In this document: in pieces, positions 9,746 through 21,381 of the stretch | Layout: each line of letters starts with the position of its first letter | How positions within the stretch are numbered: the stretch's first letter is position 1 | Program-made: the position numbers and the translations under genes | The notes under the pieces: generated by a model | Databases searched by the model: none | What the model was told of the DNA's origin: nothing | Seen by the model: the letters and a program-made list of their open reading frames with translations, nothing else | Assembly: GCA_965203905.1 (NCBI GenBank) | Contig: CBDBDQ010000005.1 | Coordinates: 2,240,001 to 2,304,000 of the forward strand | Direction: 5' to 3' | From: Spirochaetia bacterium | GTDB lineage: Bacteria > Spirochaetota > Spirochaetia > SZUA-6 > Bin103 | Length of the DNA: 64,000 nt

Positions 9746-10618
9746 CTACCCGGGGTCGCTGCCGGTCACTTCGCGCACCAGGCGGGTGAGGTAGCCGTGG
9801 GAGTCGTGCACGTAGCGCGGCAGGTTTTCAGGATCCTCGACCTCGAGCTCGACCGCCAGCGGACCGTCGTAGTCGAGCCGGTGCAACTCCTCCAGGTAGC
9901 CGCGCAGCTCCACCTCGCCCGTGCCCAGGGGCACCGAGACGGGGCCGCGGTGGTCCTTGACGTGCAGGTTCCAGATGCTGGCGCCGAAGTCGCGCACGAA
10001 CGCGCGCCAGTCGACCTCCGAGCGGTAGAAGTGGCCGGTGTCGATGGTGATTCCCACCTTGGGATGGTCGATCTCGCTGAAGATGCGGTCGTAGTCGGCG
10101 CGGGTCGAGAAGTTGGAGCCGTGGTGCGGCTCCAGCGCCAGCCGGATCGGCATCTCTTCCACCAGCGGCAACAGCCGCTTGATGCCGGCAATGGATGCGT
10201 CCAGTCCCACCGACCGCGTCCGCTGCGCCCGCGCCGAGGCACCCGGGGCGGCGCGCAGGGCGGCCGCCTGGGCCGGGGACATGCCGCCGCTCATCACCAC
10301 CAGCGGGCAGTCGAGCCCGGCCGCCAGCTCGAACAGGGTGGCCATCTGCTCCGCCGCCGCCTCCGCCGCGCCGACGGACTCGGCGGGGAAAGCTGGCGCG
10401 TAGACCTCCGTGCAGCGCTCCAGGCCGACTGCCTGCGCCGCCGCCTTGATCCGGGCCGCGTCCAGCCAGCGCGCCTCGCCCAGCGCCCGCTGCGCCACCG
10501 AGGCGGCGCCCCAGGCGCGAAAGCCCGCCGGCGGCGCGTAGCGGAAACAGGCCGCGGTCTCGTCGCCGTCGATGCCGCGCGTCGCACAGGTGGTGCAGGA
10601 CAGGATGAAGCGGCTCAC
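9746..10618 (-). CDS. Sugar phosphate isomerase/epimerase (xylose isomerase-like TIM barrel)
   Basis: [25 protein letters not shown]; GTG start overlaps the upstream stop. Confidence 0.88.
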   Translation of the reverse strand: MSRFILSCTTCATRGIDGDETAACFRYAPPAGFRAWGAASVAQRALGEARWLDAARIKAAAQAVGLERCTEVYAPAFPAESVGAAEAAAEQMATLFELAAGLDCPLVVMSGGMSPAQAAALRAAPGASARAQRTRSVGLDASIAGIKRLLPLVEEMPIRLALEPHHGSNFSTRADYDRIFSEIDHPKVGITIDTGHFYRSEVDWRAFVRDFGASIWNLHVKDHRGPVSVPLGTGEVELRGYLEELHRLDYDGPLAVELEVEDPENLPRYVHDSHGYLTRLVREVTGSDPG

Positions 10619-11754
10619 AGGTCGATCCAGCGCCGTTCGGCGGCCGCCTGCAGCACCGCGTCGCACACCACCTGGGTGGCCTGCGCGTCGGCGAAGTCGG
10701 GGCAGGTCTTCTCCCCCGTGGCGAGCCCGCCCAGGAAGTCGGCCAGCGTATTGATGAAGGTGTGCTCGTAGCCGATCACGCACCCCGGCACCCACCAGTG
10801 CTCCATGTAGGGATGGTCCGAATCCCACACCTGGATGGTGCGCCAGCCGCGCAGGTGGCCCTCGTCGGCGTGGGTGAAGTAGCCCAGCTCGTGGGCGTTC
10901 TCCAGGTTGAACGCCAGCGATCCCTGCTCGCCGTTGATCTCGAAGTAGTTCTCGTTCTTGCGCCCGCGCGCGTAGCGGGTGGACTCGAAGGTGGCCATGG
11001 CGCCGTCCGCGAAGCGCGCCAGGAAGGCACACGCGTCGTCGATCTCAACCGGCTTGCGGGTGCCCGGCTCGTCCTGCAGCTCGCGCTCCTTGACGAAGGT
11101 CTCGGTAGTGGCGGCGACGCTGGCGATCGGCCCCGTCAGCCACATCGCGGTGTCGATGGAGTGGGCCAGCAGGTCGCCGGTCACGCCGCTGCCGGACACG
11201 CTCTTGTCCAGCCGCCACAAGGTGTTGCCGCCCTGCGGCACGTCCGCGCTGATGGTCCAGTCCTGCAGGTAGCGCGCGCGGTAGTGGAACACGCGCCCGA
11301 TGCGCCCCTCGTCCACGATCTGCTTGGCCAGGGCGATGGCCGGCACCCGGCGGTAGTTGAACCACACCATGTTCGGCTTGCCGGTGGCGGCCACGGCGTC
11401 GACCAGCTGGGCACCCTGCGCGGCATCCATCGCCAGCGGCTTCTCGCAGGCGATCATCTTGCCCGCGGCCGCGGCGGCCTGTCCCATCTCCAGGTGCACG
11501 TTGTTGGGGGCGCATATGTCGACCAGGTCGATGTCGGGGCGCTCCACCACCCGGCGCCAGTCGGTGTCGGTCTCCTGCCAGCCCCAGTTGGCGGCGAACG
11601 CGTCGAGCTGGTCGCGCTGGCGGGCGCTGGCCACCTTCATCACCGGCTCGTACTCCAGGTCGAAGAAGTTGCCCACCTTGCGGTAGGCGTTGGAGTGGGC
11701 GCGGCCCATGAAGCCGTAGCCGATGATGGCGACGTTCAGATTCTGCTTGGCCAT
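10615..11754 (-). CDS. Gfo/Idh/MocA family oxidoreductase
   Basis: [32 protein letters not shown]. Confidence 0.93.
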   Translation of the reverse strand: MAKQNLNVAIIGYGFMGRAHSNAYRKVGNFFDLEYEPVMKVASARQRDQLDAFAANWGWQETDTDWRRVVERPDIDLVDICAPNNVHLEMGQAAAAAGKMIACEKPLAMDAAQGAQLVDAVAATGKPNMVWFNYRRVPAIALAKQIVDEGRIGRVFHYRARYLQDWTISADVPQGGNTLWRLDKSVSGSGVTGDLLAHSIDTAMWLTGPIASVAATTETFVKERELQDEPGTRKPVEIDDACAFLARFADGAMATFESTRYARGRKNENYFEINGEQGSLAFNLENAHELGYFTHADEGHLRGWRTIQVWDSDHPYMEHWWVPGCVIGYEHTFINTLADFLGGLATGEKTCPDFADAQATQVVCDAVLQAAAERRWIDL

Positions 11755-11764
11755 GGTTCCTCCT

Positions 11765-12685
11765 CTACAGCGAGCGCGCCAGGTCGCGCAGGAACGGCAC
11801 CGCTACCTTGGCGCCCTCGGGCCCGGCGGGGTTGAAGCAGAAGTCGACGCACCACCACTCCATCGCCTCGAGTTCCGATCCCAGCGCCTCCAGGGTGGCC
11901 GGGAAGTCGACGTAGCCCTTGCCGAACTCGATGTGGGTGCTGGTGTCGTCGTCGTGCAGCTCGCCGTCGCTGTCGATCAGGTGCAGGTGTCCCATGCGCT
12001 CGCGGATCAGCGCCGCGTACTCGGCGGTGCCGCCGGGCAGTATCTCGGGCGAACCAGTGTGGCGTCCGCCGGCCACCGCTCCCATGTAGGCGTGGCTGGT
12101 ATCGAACAGCAGGCGGAAGTTGGGGTGGTCCACCGCTTCGTGCAGGCGCACCACCTCGCTCGGCTTGTTGAGCCAGAAGCCGGGCTCGAACTCCCACATC
12201 AGGGTCACCCCATGGTCGGCCGCGGCCGCCGCCAGCGCCTGCAGGCAGCTCACGGCGTTGGCAAAGCGCGCCTCGTAGGTGGCCGTGTCCAGTGGTTCCG
12301 GCGGGCTTGCCGTATCCATGCGCAGAGCGCCGATGCCGGCGTTGCTGCAGAACCGCAGGTAGGGGCGCAGGGTGGCGACGAACTGTTGCGGGCTCACCAG
12401 CGCCGGCGGCGCGGCCTTCAGGTCGGGCAGGTGGCCGTTCACGGCGTAGCCGGAAACGCCCAGGCCCTTGTCGCTCAGATGCGCCATCAGCTCGCGGCAC
12501 CTGGCCGCGGTGTCGTACTGGTCGGGATGGGGGTGGGGCGGGACGGCGTTGATCTCCACGCCGTCGTAGCCGTGCGCGGCGGTGAAGTCGACGAAGCGTT
12601 CCCAGGACCAGGGGTCGGACTCGAACGGGCCGAAGGAGAAGGCCCAGCTCCCCAACGAGATCTTGGGGGATCTGTTCAGTGGCAT
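11765..12685 (-). CDS. Sugar phosphate isomerase/epimerase (TIM barrel)
   Basis: [35 protein letters not shown]. Confidence 0.88.
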   Translation of the reverse strand: MPLNRSPKISLGSWAFSFGPFESDPWSWERFVDFTAAHGYDGVEINAVPPHPHPDQYDTAARCRELMAHLSDKGLGVSGYAVNGHLPDLKAAPPALVSPQQFVATLRPYLRFCSNAGIGALRMDTASPPEPLDTATYEARFANAVSCLQALAAAAADHGVTLMWEFEPGFWLNKPSEVVRLHEAVDHPNFRLLFDTSHAYMGAVAGGRHTGSPEILPGGTAEYAALIRERMGHLHLIDSDGELHDDDTSTHIEFGKGYVDFPATLEALGSELEAMEWWCVDFCFNPAGPEGAKVAVPFLRDLARSL

Positions 12686-12782
12686 GGCCCGATTGTGCCG
12701 TGAGACGGCGGCCCTGAGCAACGCCGGCCGGCGCCGGGGGCACGTTGACAGGCGCGCAGCGCTCCGGCCACGTTGCCGCATC

Positions 12783-13928
12783 ATGCGGCCGCAGCCGAAG
12801 CGCTTGCTGGAAGAGACCTGGGACGACGGGCTGCGCTACACCGAGGAGAGGGGTGAGCCGAAGCTCTCGTTTCCACGGCGCCGTTGCGCACTGTGGAGCG
12901 CGGAGCACGGCGCACCGGTGAGCAGGCTGGGGCTGGTGACGCTGGAGCTGCGCTTCGGGGCGACGGCCCTGCCGGTGGAAGGCTACGAAGGGGTCAGTAC
13001 TCCGCCTGAGCATCGCCGGCGCGGATACATGGCGCGCCTGCTGCGCCGTTCGTTGGCCAGCGCGCGGCGGCGTGTCAGCGTCGTCTGCCTGTTCGGCATC
13101 GACGACCTCTATCCCCGGTACGGCTTCGTGACCTGCGTGGCCGACTCCGAGCTACGGGTCTACCTCGACAGCGCGTGCCGTCTCGGTGGCGCCGGCATTG
13201 ACGCCGTCCGCGTCGGCGGCTGCGCCGATCTTCCGGCCATGCGCGCGCTCTACAACCGGGTCCACGCCACTCGCCCGTGGACCGTCGCGCGCGGCCCGAA
13301 CTGGGATCGCGTGCCGCAGGCGGGCGAGTGGCAGCCTGGCTCGGAAACTCACCTGATGGAACGCGACGGCATACTGCAGGGATACGTGGTGCTGCGATCG
13401 CACCTGTTCGGTTGGCGTTCGCGGCGCTTCGAACTGCGTGAAATCGTGGCCCGCGACACCGCCATCGCCGCCAATCTCCTCGCCTACGCCCTGCACCGTG
13501 CCCGCCAGCTCAACTACGACCGGATAGCGGTTCACGAGCCGCCCGACTCGGCGGTGGCACGGGTAGCGCGCAGCGTCGGGTGCGAGCAGGTGAGCCGGTA
13601 TTGCGCCGCTGGCGGCGGCATGGGCAAGATCGTCGACCGGGAACGGTTCGTGGACGCCATCGCGGCGGAGCTGGCACGCCGGGCGCACGCGGCGGGAGTC
13701 GCCGAATCGGTGGCTGCACCGGCCCTGGCGGCGCTGCGTGACGGGACCCTGGTGCCGGACGACGGCGATCTGCTGCGGCTGGCGGTGGGCTACCAGCGCC
13801 TCGACGAGGTCGCGGTCGAGCGTCAGGGCGGCGCCGACCCGGAGCGGGCGGTGGCCGCGGCCTGGTTTCCCGGCGGCGGCGGTGCCGTGCTGCCGGTGCC
13901 GTTCGCCCACCACCTGGACCACTATTGA
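12783..13928 (+). CDS. GNAT N-acetyltransferase, Eis-like tandem GNAT
   Basis: GVSTPPEHRRRGYMARLL acetyl-CoA motif; LFGIDDLYPRYGF. Confidence 0.82.
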   Translation: MRPQPKRLLEETWDDGLRYTEERGEPKLSFPRRRCALWSAEHGAPVSRLGLVTLELRFGATALPVEGYEGVSTPPEHRRRGYMARLLRRSLASARRRVSVVCLFGIDDLYPRYGFVTCVADSELRVYLDSACRLGGAGIDAVRVGGCADLPAMRALYNRVHATRPWTVARGPNWDRVPQAGEWQPGSETHLMERDGILQGYVVLRSHLFGWRSRRFELREIVARDTAIAANLLAYALHRARQLNYDRIAVHEPPDSAVARVARSVGCEQVSRYCAAGGGMGKIVDRERFVDAIAAELARRAHAAGVAESVAAPALAALRDGTLVPDDGDLLRLAVGYQRLDEVAVERQGGADPERAVAAAWFPGGGGAVLPVPFAHHLDHY

Positions 13929-13950
13929 TGCCCGTGCCGCCACCCGCCGC

Positions 13951-14865
13951 ATGATCGGCAGCATATTCTGGGGAGTCGCCCTGGCGGTCGTCGTGGGCAC
14001 CGTCATGGGGCTGATGGGCGCGGGCGGCTCCATCCTCACGGTACCGATCCTGGTCTACGTGGTGGGCGTCGACGCGGTCACCGCCACCGCCTACTCACTG
14101 TTCGTGGTCGGGGTCACCAGCGTGGTCGGCGCCGCCAGCTACTGGCGGCGCGGGTCGGTGCACGTGCGCGCCGCGGTGGCCTTCTCCATTCCCTCGCTGC
14201 TGGTGGTGTTCGCGACCCGGCTCTGGCTGGTGCCGGCCATTCCGCGGCAGCTCGGCACGGTGGCCGGGATCGAGGTGAGCAAGGACCTGTTCATCCTGGT
14301 GCTGTTCGCCCTGATCATGGGCCTGAGCGCGCTGTCGATGATCGTGCGGCCGCGCTACGCCGTGCACGTGATCGGCGCCGGCGCCGGCGGCAGCGACGGC
14401 GCCGCACCTGAAGCGCCGCGGCCACCCGGCGCGGGTCCGGTTGCGGCGCCACGTGGCGCAGGACGCCCCGCCTCGGCGCAACCTCCGGTCAAGGTGAGCG
14501 TACCGCTGATAGCGCTGGAAGGGGCGGTCATCGGCGTACTCACCGGCGTGGTGGGCGCCGGCGGCGGCTTTGCAATCGTGCCGGCGCTGGCGGTGTTCGC
14601 ACGCTTGCCGATGCGCGTGGCGGTGGGCACCTCGCTGACCATCATCGCCGCCAAGTCGCTGTTCGGCTTCTTGGGCGACGTCGCCGTGGAGAGCAGCTTC
14701 GACTGGGGGCTGCTGCTGGCCTTCACCGCCCTGGCGGTGGCCGGAATCCTGCTCGGCAGCCGGCTGGGCCGCCTGGTGCCGGGAGCCAGGCTGCGGCCCG
14801 CGTTCGGCTGGTTCGTGCTGCTGGCCGCGGCAGGCATCCTGGTGCGCGAGCTGGTGCTGTCATAG
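13951..14865 (+). CDS. Sulfite exporter TauE/SafE (TSUP) family membrane protein
   Basis: Duplicated GLMGAGGSILTVP / GVVGAGGGFAIVP motifs; AVGTSL. Confidence 0.92.
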   Translation: MIGSIFWGVALAVVVGTVMGLMGAGGSILTVPILVYVVGVDAVTATAYSLFVVGVTSVVGAASYWRRGSVHVRAAVAFSIPSLLVVFATRLWLVPAIPRQLGTVAGIEVSKDLFILVLFALIMGLSALSMIVRPRYAVHVIGAGAGGSDGAAPEAPRPPGAGPVAAPRGAGRPASAQPPVKVSVPLIALEGAVIGVLTGVVGAGGGFAIVPALAVFARLPMRVAVGTSLTIIAAKSLFGFLGDVAVESSFDWGLLLAFTALAVAGILLGSRLGRLVPGARLRPAFGWFVLLAAAGILVRELVLS

Positions 14866-14905
14866 GTGCGGGCCGTGCCGGCACCGCCGCAGTATAGTGG
14901 CGCCC

Positions 14906-15970
14906 ATGGACACCATCATCAAGTCGGAAACGGAGCTGCAGCGCCTGGTCGCGGAGGTGGCGGCGGCCGTCGGCACGGACGCGGCCGACGCCGAGACCCT
15001 GGCGAACCACCTGGTGGGAGCCGAACTGTGCGGCGTGCAGACCCACGGCATCTTTCACGTTCCCCATTACCTGGAGGAGATCTCCAGTCACGAGCTGCTG
15101 CCCGCGGCCAGGCCGCACGTGGTGCAGAGCGGCGCGGCCAAGGTACTGGTATCGGGCGAGCTCGGGTTCGGCCAGGTCGCGGCCGAGTACCTGGTCCGCG
15201 CCACCATTCCCCTGGCCCGTGAGGCGGGGGTGGCGGTGGGTGCGCTGGTGCGCTGCAACCACATCGGGCGCCTCGGCCACTACGCCGAGCTGGCCGCGGC
15301 CGAGGGGCTGATATCTCTCATCTGCGCCGGCGGGTTCGCGGTGACCGGAGCGCGTGCCGCACCCTTCGGCGGGCGCCAGCGCCTGCTCGACACCAACCCG
15401 TTCTGCATGGGCTTCCCGGCGCGCGGCGAAGCGCCGGTCGTGGTTGATTTCGCCACCACCGCCCTGTCGGGGGTGAAGGTCGCCAATGCCCTGCAGCGCG
15501 GCGAGCAGTTGCCCGCCTACAGCATCGTCGATCGTGCGGGACAACACACCACCGATCCGGAAGACTTCGCCGCCGGCGGGGCGTACCTGCCGTTCGGCGG
15601 CGCCGGCGGCGGCCACAAGGGCTACGCCATCATGCTGGCGGTGGAAATGCTCGGGCGGCTGTTCAGCGGCGCCGATGCGCACGCGGTGGCCGGCGAAGGG
15701 GTGCCGCTGATGCGCCACCAGGGCGTGACCATGCTGTTGCTGCGCGGCGACCTGTTCCAGCCCCTGCAACGGTTGCTGGAGGGCAACGACGCGCTCCTGG
15801 AGACCCTCCGTACCAGTGAGCCGGCGGCCGGCTCCGAGGAGGTGCTGTACCCCGGGCTGGCGGAGATGCGCACCCGCGCGCAACGCCGCCGCGACGGCAT
15901 ACCGCTGGCCGTGGACATCTGGCAGCGGTTCGCCGCCGCTGCCGCACAGGTGGGGGTCGACTGCGGCTGA
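14906..15970 (+). CDS. Ldh_2 family oxidoreductase (AllD/ComC/YiaK-like)
   Basis: GVQTHG, NHIGRLGHYAE, TNPF, DFATT, GHKGYAI. Confidence 0.92.
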   Translation: MDTIIKSETELQRLVAEVAAAVGTDAADAETLANHLVGAELCGVQTHGIFHVPHYLEEISSHELLPAARPHVVQSGAAKVLVSGELGFGQVAAEYLVRATIPLAREAGVAVGALVRCNHIGRLGHYAELAAAEGLISLICAGGFAVTGARAAPFGGRQRLLDTNPFCMGFPARGEAPVVVDFATTALSGVKVANALQRGEQLPAYSIVDRAGQHTTDPEDFAAGGAYLPFGGAGGGHKGYAIMLAVEMLGRLFSGADAHAVAGEGVPLMRHQGVTMLLLRGDLFQPLQRLLEGNDALLETLRTSEPAAGSEEVLYPGLAEMRTRAQRRRDGIPLAVDIWQRFAAAAAQVGVDCG

Positions 15971-15986
15971 CTTGGGCGCGGGCGGG

Positions 15987-17021
15987 CTACTCCACCGCCT
16001 TGAGGCTGAGCTCCTTGGCGAAGTGGCAGGCGGAGAAGTGGCCCGGTTCCACTTCCTGCCATTCCGGCTCGACGGTCTTGCACTCGTCCTTGGCGTAGAC
16101 GCAACGCGGATGGAAGTAGCAGCCGGAGGGCGGGTTGGCGGGGTTGGCCACCTCGCCGGGGAGGATGATGCGGTCCATCTTGGTCTCCGGATCGGGCTGC
16201 GGCACCGCCGACAGCAGCGCCTCGGTGTAGGGGTGCTTGGGGTTGCCGAACAACTGCTCGGTGGAGGCCAGCTCCACCATCTTGCCGACGTACATCACGC
16301 CGACGCGGTCGGAGATGTGCTCGATGACGCTCAGGTCGTGGGCGATGAACAGGTAGGTGAGGTTGAACTCCGCCTGCAGATCCTGCAGCAGGTTCAGAAT
16401 CTGCGCCTGGATCGACACGTCGAGCGCCGACACCGCCTCGTCGCAGACGATGAACTCCGGCCGCGGCGCCAGGGCGCGGGCGATGCCGATGCGTTGGCGC
16501 TGGCCCCCGCTGAAAGCGTGCGGATAGCGCTTGAGGTGCTTGACCTCGAGTCCCACCACCCGCATCAGCTCCTTGACCCGGTCCTCCAGCTCCTGCCCCT
16601 TGGCGAGGCTGTTGGACACCAGCGGCTCGGCCACGATGTCGAGCACCGTCATGCGCGGGTCCAGCGAGGAGTAGGGATCCTGGAAGATCATCTGCATGTG
16701 GCGGCGGATCGCGCGCAGCCGCTTCTTGTCGAGCTGGGTGATGTCGAGCCGCTCGTCGGAGGCGCTGAACTGGAAGTTGACGCTGCCGTCGGTGGGCTCG
16801 ATGGCGCGCAGGATGCAGCGGCCCAGCGTGGTCTTGCCGCAGCCCGACTCGCCCACCAGGCCCAGGGTCTCGCCCTCGTTGATGTAGAGGTTGATGCGGT
16901 CGACGGCCTTGACGTGGCCGGTGACCCGGCGCAGAAAGCCCTTCTCGATGGGGAAGTACTTGCGTAGTTGATCTACTTCCAGCAGCCGGCGGCTGCCGTT
17001 GCCGTTGTTGGCGTCACTCAT
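15987..17021 (-). CDS. Oligopeptide/dipeptide ABC ATP-binding protein (OppF-like)
   Basis: [34 protein letters not shown]. Confidence 0.96.
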   Translation of the reverse strand: MSDANNGNGSRRLLEVDQLRKYFPIEKGFLRRVTGHVKAVDRINLYINEGETLGLVGESGCGKTTLGRCILRAIEPTDGSVNFQFSASDERLDITQLDKKRLRAIRRHMQMIFQDPYSSLDPRMTVLDIVAEPLVSNSLAKGQELEDRVKELMRVVGLEVKHLKRYPHAFSGGQRQRIGIARALAPRPEFIVCDEAVSALDVSIQAQILNLLQDLQAEFNLTYLFIAHDLSVIEHISDRVGVMYVGKMVELASTEQLFGNPKHPYTEALLSAVPQPDPETKMDRIILPGEVANPANPPSGCYFHPRCVYAKDECKTVEPEWQEVEPGHFSACHFAKELSLKAVE

Positions 17022-18067
17022 GCTCTCGCTCCTGCCAGTTGTGCCGTAGCCGCTTCCGCGTCCGGCTCACGCTCTTCGCTGTGGAGGTAACAGCGTACCC
17101 GGTGATCCGCTCCGTATTCCACCAGCGCCGGAATGTCGTCGTTGCACTTGCCGTCCATGGCATCCGGACAGCGACTGAAGAACCCGCACTCGCGCGGCGG
17201 ATCCAGCGGGATGGGGACGGTGCCCTGAATCGCGTCCAGCCGCTTTTTCGCCTCCTTGCCCATGCGCGGGATCGACTTCAGCAGCAGGCGGGTGTAGGGG
17301 TGCAGCGGATTGCGGAAGATCTCCCTGGTCTCGGCGTGCTCGACGACGCGCCCCAGGTACATTACCGCCACCTCGTCGGCGATTTCGGCGATCACGCCCA
17401 GGTCGTGGGTGATGTAGAGGATCGCCATGCCGAACTGCTCCTGGAGGTGCGCCATGAGGTCCAGGATCTGCGCCTGCACCGTGACGTCCAGGGCGGTGGT
17501 GGGCTCATCGGCGATCAGCAGCGCGGGGTTGCAGGAAAGCGCCATGGCGATCATGGCGCGCTGGCGCAGGCCGCCGGAGAGCTGGTGCGGATACTCGTCG
17601 ATGCGCTGGCTGGGGTTGGGGATTCCGACCCGGTCCAGCATGTCGACGGCCAGCTCGTGGGCCTCGCTCTTGTTGTCGGTCTTGTGCAGCAGGATCGCCT
17701 CTTCGATCTGGTTGCCGATGGTGTGAACCGGCGACAGGCTGGTCATCGGCTCCTGGAAGATCATCGAGATCTCCTTGCCGCGGATCGAGCGCACCGACTG
17801 GCCGAACGGGTCGAGCTCGGTGAGATCGACCGCCTCGTGGCCTTCGCGGTTGAGCGTGATCGAACCCGACTTGATCTCGCCGGGTGGCGGCACGATGCGC
17901 AGAATCGACTGCGCCGTCACGCTCTTGCCGCAGCCGCTCTCGCCGATGATGCCGAGGGTCTTCTTCGGTGCCACCGAGAAGCTCACGCCATCGACCGCCT
18001 TGAGGGTACCCTCTTCGAGCTTGAAGTAGGTGCGCAGGTCCTTGACTTCGAGAACAGGAGTCTCCAC
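17018..18067 (-). CDS. Oligopeptide/dipeptide ABC ATP-binding protein (OppD-like)
   Basis: [32 protein letters not shown]. Confidence 0.96.
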   Translation of the reverse strand: METPVLEVKDLRTYFKLEEGTLKAVDGVSFSVAPKKTLGIIGESGCGKSVTAQSILRIVPPPGEIKSGSITLNREGHEAVDLTELDPFGQSVRSIRGKEISMIFQEPMTSLSPVHTIGNQIEEAILLHKTDNKSEAHELAVDMLDRVGIPNPSQRIDEYPHQLSGGLRQRAMIAMALSCNPALLIADEPTTALDVTVQAQILDLMAHLQEQFGMAILYITHDLGVIAEIADEVAVMYLGRVVEHAETREIFRNPLHPYTRLLLKSIPRMGKEAKKRLDAIQGTVPIPLDPPRECGFFSRCPDAMDGKCNDDIPALVEYGADHRVRCYLHSEEREPDAEAATAQLAGARA

Positions 18068-18290
18068 AGCAGTTTCCTTCTCAGGCAGATTGCCCTGACC
18101 GCAAGCCGCAGCGGCAGCAGCCTAGCAAGCCGGCCAATTGTAATGGACCGCCCGGAGAAGTCAACCCGCCGCCGCCAATCGTCGCGATCGTCGTGCACTG
18201 GACAGAGTGCCGGCCGCGGGATAGGATCGGAACTCACTCTGCCCGCTGTGGGCAAGCTCACGAACAGCGTATCAAGGAGGATTGACTGAC

Positions 18291-20282
18291 GTGACGAAAT
18301 ATCTGCATTTGCCGGTAGTGCTGGCACTGCTGGTGGCGGCTACCACCGCCTGGGGTGCCGGCGAAGGCGAGACCGGCGCGGCCGCTACGACCGAGCAGTC
18401 GGCCATGGCCGACATGGAGCTGATGCCCGACCCCACGGGGCGGCAGAAGTACGCGGTGCCGAAGACCTTTACCGAGTCGCCGTTGCTCGCCGCGCGCGTG
18501 GCAGCGGGCGAGTTGCCGCCGCTCGAGGAGCGCATTCCGCCCGAGCCGTTCGTGGTCGGCCCCGGGGTGTTGAACTCCGAGCCGTGGCTGGACTGGGAAG
18601 TGGGCCAGCACGGCGGCACCATCCGCGTACCGAACCTGAACAACAGCGGCGTGCACGAGATCTACCTGGCACTCGGCATGTCGATCCTGCGCGCTCCCGA
18701 TCAGAGCACCAAGGATCCGCTGCCGGCGATCGTCAGCGAGTACGACATCAGCGAAGACTACCGGAAGTTCTGCTTCACCATTCGCGAGGGGTTGCGCTGG
18801 TCTGACGGCCACCTGGTGACCACCGAAGACGTACGCATGACCTTCGAGCTTTACGCCGACGAGCGCATCTACCCGACCTTCTACTTCCGCGCCGCCGCTC
18901 CCGACGGCACGCCGCCGGTGGTCACCATCATCGACGACCTGTCGTTCTGCGTGGAGTTCAACCAGCCGTACGGCTTCTTCCTGGCGAACCTGTCGTCGTG
19001 GATCCCCGACTACACGCTGCTGTTCCGGCCGGCGCACTTCATCAAGCAGTTCCACGCCGACTACACCCCGATGGAGGAGATCCAGCCGATCCTGGACGAG
19101 CTGGAGCTGGAGACCTGGGAGCAGCTCGTGCAGCAGAAGGACATGCCGCACTGGGAGCTGCACCGCGCGCACGGGCTGGACGTGCCGTCGCTGGCCCCCT
19201 GGGTCGGCATCGAGGCCACCAGCACCGGCTACAAGCTGGAGCGCAACCCCTACTACTGGAAGGTCGACGTGGCCGGCAACCAGCTCCCCTACGTGGACTA
19301 CATCGTCGCCGAGAACTCCGCCGACCTGGAGGCGATCAAGCTGAACACCGCCGCCGGCGAGTACGACGTGGTGACCAGCTACGCCCAGCTCAAGGAGCTG
19401 CCGATCTACCTGGAGAACGCCGACAAGGGCATCGCCACGGTGCTGCACGGCTCGATCAACAATCCGCCGGTGCTGTTCCTCAACCAGGACTTCGAGTACG
19501 ACAAGCCGGACTCCGTATGGCAGGTGCTGGTGAACGACAACCGCTTCGGCAAGGCGCTGGCGCTGGCCGTCGACAAGGACGACGTCAACGAGAACGTCTA
19601 CTTCGGCCAGTACAAGCTGGACACCATCACCGACCGCGAGTACGACCCCGCACAGGCCAACGAGCTGCTCGACGCGGTCGGCATGGACCAGCGCGACGCG
19701 GACGGCTTCCGCCTGGGCACCGACGGCAACCCGTTCACCCTCGACATCATCACCGCCAATATCTCCCCTGACTTCCTGCTGGTGGGCGAATTGATGAAGG
19801 GGTACTTCGAAGAGGTGGGCGTGCGCACCGCGTTCACCGTGCTGGGTAGAGAGATCTGGAGTCAGCGCCAAGCCAACAACGAGCACATGACCACCATCCT
19901 CTGGGCCGACCGTCCGATCTGGGCACCAGGCATCTCCGAGGACTTCGGGCCCTACGCCAAGGGTCGCTGGGCGCGTCAGTCCTACCTCTACTACAACACC
20001 GGCGGGGAGACCGGCCGCAAGCCGCCTCCGTACATGGAGGAGTACTTCGAGCTGGTGGAGGCGTGGAAGGTGTACCCACCGCAGTCGCCGCAGGGCGAGG
20101 CGGCGTTCGCCGATCTGATGGACTGGTTCAGTCGCAACTATACCGCCATCTGGCCCACCGGCAGCATGACGGTACCCACGGTGTACAACGCCGACCTGGG
20201 CAACGTGATCAAGGAGGGCTACCCGTTCGACCGGGCGCTGGACTACGGCATGGAGCAACTTTTCTACCGCACGTTGAATTAG
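18291..20282 (+). CDS. ABC transporter substrate-binding protein, family 5 (oligosaccharide/peptide subtype)
   Basis: AAGGAGG RBS at 18274-18280; signal peptide; GELPPLEERIP, GLRWSDG, ERNPYYWKVD..GNQLPYVD. Confidence 0.93.
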   Translation: MTKYLHLPVVLALLVAATTAWGAGEGETGAAATTEQSAMADMELMPDPTGRQKYAVPKTFTESPLLAARVAAGELPPLEERIPPEPFVVGPGVLNSEPWLDWEVGQHGGTIRVPNLNNSGVHEIYLALGMSILRAPDQSTKDPLPAIVSEYDISEDYRKFCFTIREGLRWSDGHLVTTEDVRMTFELYADERIYPTFYFRAAAPDGTPPVVTIIDDLSFCVEFNQPYGFFLANLSSWIPDYTLLFRPAHFIKQFHADYTPMEEIQPILDELELETWEQLVQQKDMPHWELHRAHGLDVPSLAPWVGIEATSTGYKLERNPYYWKVDVAGNQLPYVDYIVAENSADLEAIKLNTAAGEYDVVTSYAQLKELPIYLENADKGIATVLHGSINNPPVLFLNQDFEYDKPDSVWQVLVNDNRFGKALALAVDKDDVNENVYFGQYKLDTITDREYDPAQANELLDAVGMDQRDADGFRLGTDGNPFTLDIITANISPDFLLVGELMKGYFEEVGVRTAFTVLGREIWSQRQANNEHMTTILWADRPIWAPGISEDFGPYAKGRWARQSYLYYNTGGETGRKPPPYMEEYFELVEAWKVYPPQSPQGEAAFADLMDWFSRNYTAIWPTGSMTVPTVYNADLGNVIKEGYPFDRALDYGMEQLFYRTLN

Positions 20283-20363
20283 GCCGTTCGCCTCCCCTGA
20301 CGGTACCGACACGAACCAATGGGCGGGGAGTCTTTCCCCGCCCGTTCCTCTGAGTGACCGCGC

Positions 20364-21362
20364 GTGCTCGCCTTCATCCGTCAACGTTGCTTCATCGCCA
20401 TCCCGTTGCTGGCGATGATCTCTATCGTCTCTTTCGGCGTGATCCTGCTGCCCCCGGGCAGCTACGTGGAGACTTATCTCCAACGTCTGGAGGAACAGGG
20501 CTTCCTGCGCGACGAAAGCGTTGTCGAACAGCTCTACCGGCAGTACGGGCTGGACCGCGGCCCCGTGGAGCAGTATGCGCTCTGGATGCGCAACTTCCTG
20601 TTGAAGGGGGAAATGGGGCGCTCCTTCACCTACGAGATGCCGGTTACGGATATCATTCTGGAGCGCCTGCCGCTGTCGCTCGCCTTCACCTTCGCGGCGT
20701 TCGCGGTGACCTGGATCATCGCCGTTCCGATCGGCATCTACTCCGCGGTGCGGCAGTACTCGCTCACCGACTACCTGGCGACCACCGTGAGCTTCATCGG
20801 CCTGGCGGTGCCCAATTTCCTGTTGGCGCTGGGGCTGGCTTACCTGGTATTCGTGTACTCCGGGCATGCCATCACCAGCCTGTACTCGCTGGAGTTCCGC
20901 AACGCCCCGTGGTCTCTGGCCAAGGTGGCCGACGTAGCCAAGAACGCCTGGCTGGGGGTGGTGGTGATCGCGGTGGGCGGCACCGCTCCCCTGGTGCGGA
21001 TCCTGCGCGGCACCCTGCTCGACGAGTTGAAGAAACTGTACGTCACCACGGCGCGCGCCAAGGGACTGCGCGAGACCCGCGTCATCTTCAAGTACCCGGT
21101 GCGCATCGCCTTCAACCCGCTGATCAGCACCATCGGCTGGACCTTGCCCGCCCTGGTCAGCGGCGAGGTGATCGTGTCGCGGGTGCTGGGGCTGGAGACG
21201 CTGGGACCGGTGCTGCTGGAAGGGGCGCTGTCGGAGGACATGTACCTGGTGGGCAGCATCGTGATGATCCTGAGCGCGCTGGTCATTATTGGCACCCTGG
21301 TGTCCGACATTCTGCTGGCGGTGATCGATCCCCGCATCCGCTTCGGACGGGGCGCCGGATAG
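20364..21362 (+). CDS. ABC transporter permease (OppB-like)
   Basis: LPPGSYV, YGLD, YVTTARAKGL, DPRIR. Confidence 0.95.
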   Translation: MLAFIRQRCFIAIPLLAMISIVSFGVILLPPGSYVETYLQRLEEQGFLRDESVVEQLYRQYGLDRGPVEQYALWMRNFLLKGEMGRSFTYEMPVTDIILERLPLSLAFTFAAFAVTWIIAVPIGIYSAVRQYSLTDYLATTVSFIGLAVPNFLLALGLAYLVFVYSGHAITSLYSLEFRNAPWSLAKVADVAKNAWLGVVVIAVGGTAPLVRILRGTLLDELKKLYVTTARAKGLRETRVIFKYPVRIAFNPLISTIGWTLPALVSGEVIVSRVLGLETLGPVLLEGALSEDMYLVGSIVMILSALVIIGTLVSDILLAVIDPRIRFGRGAG

Positions 21363-21381
21363 TGGCTCGACCAGCGACAGC

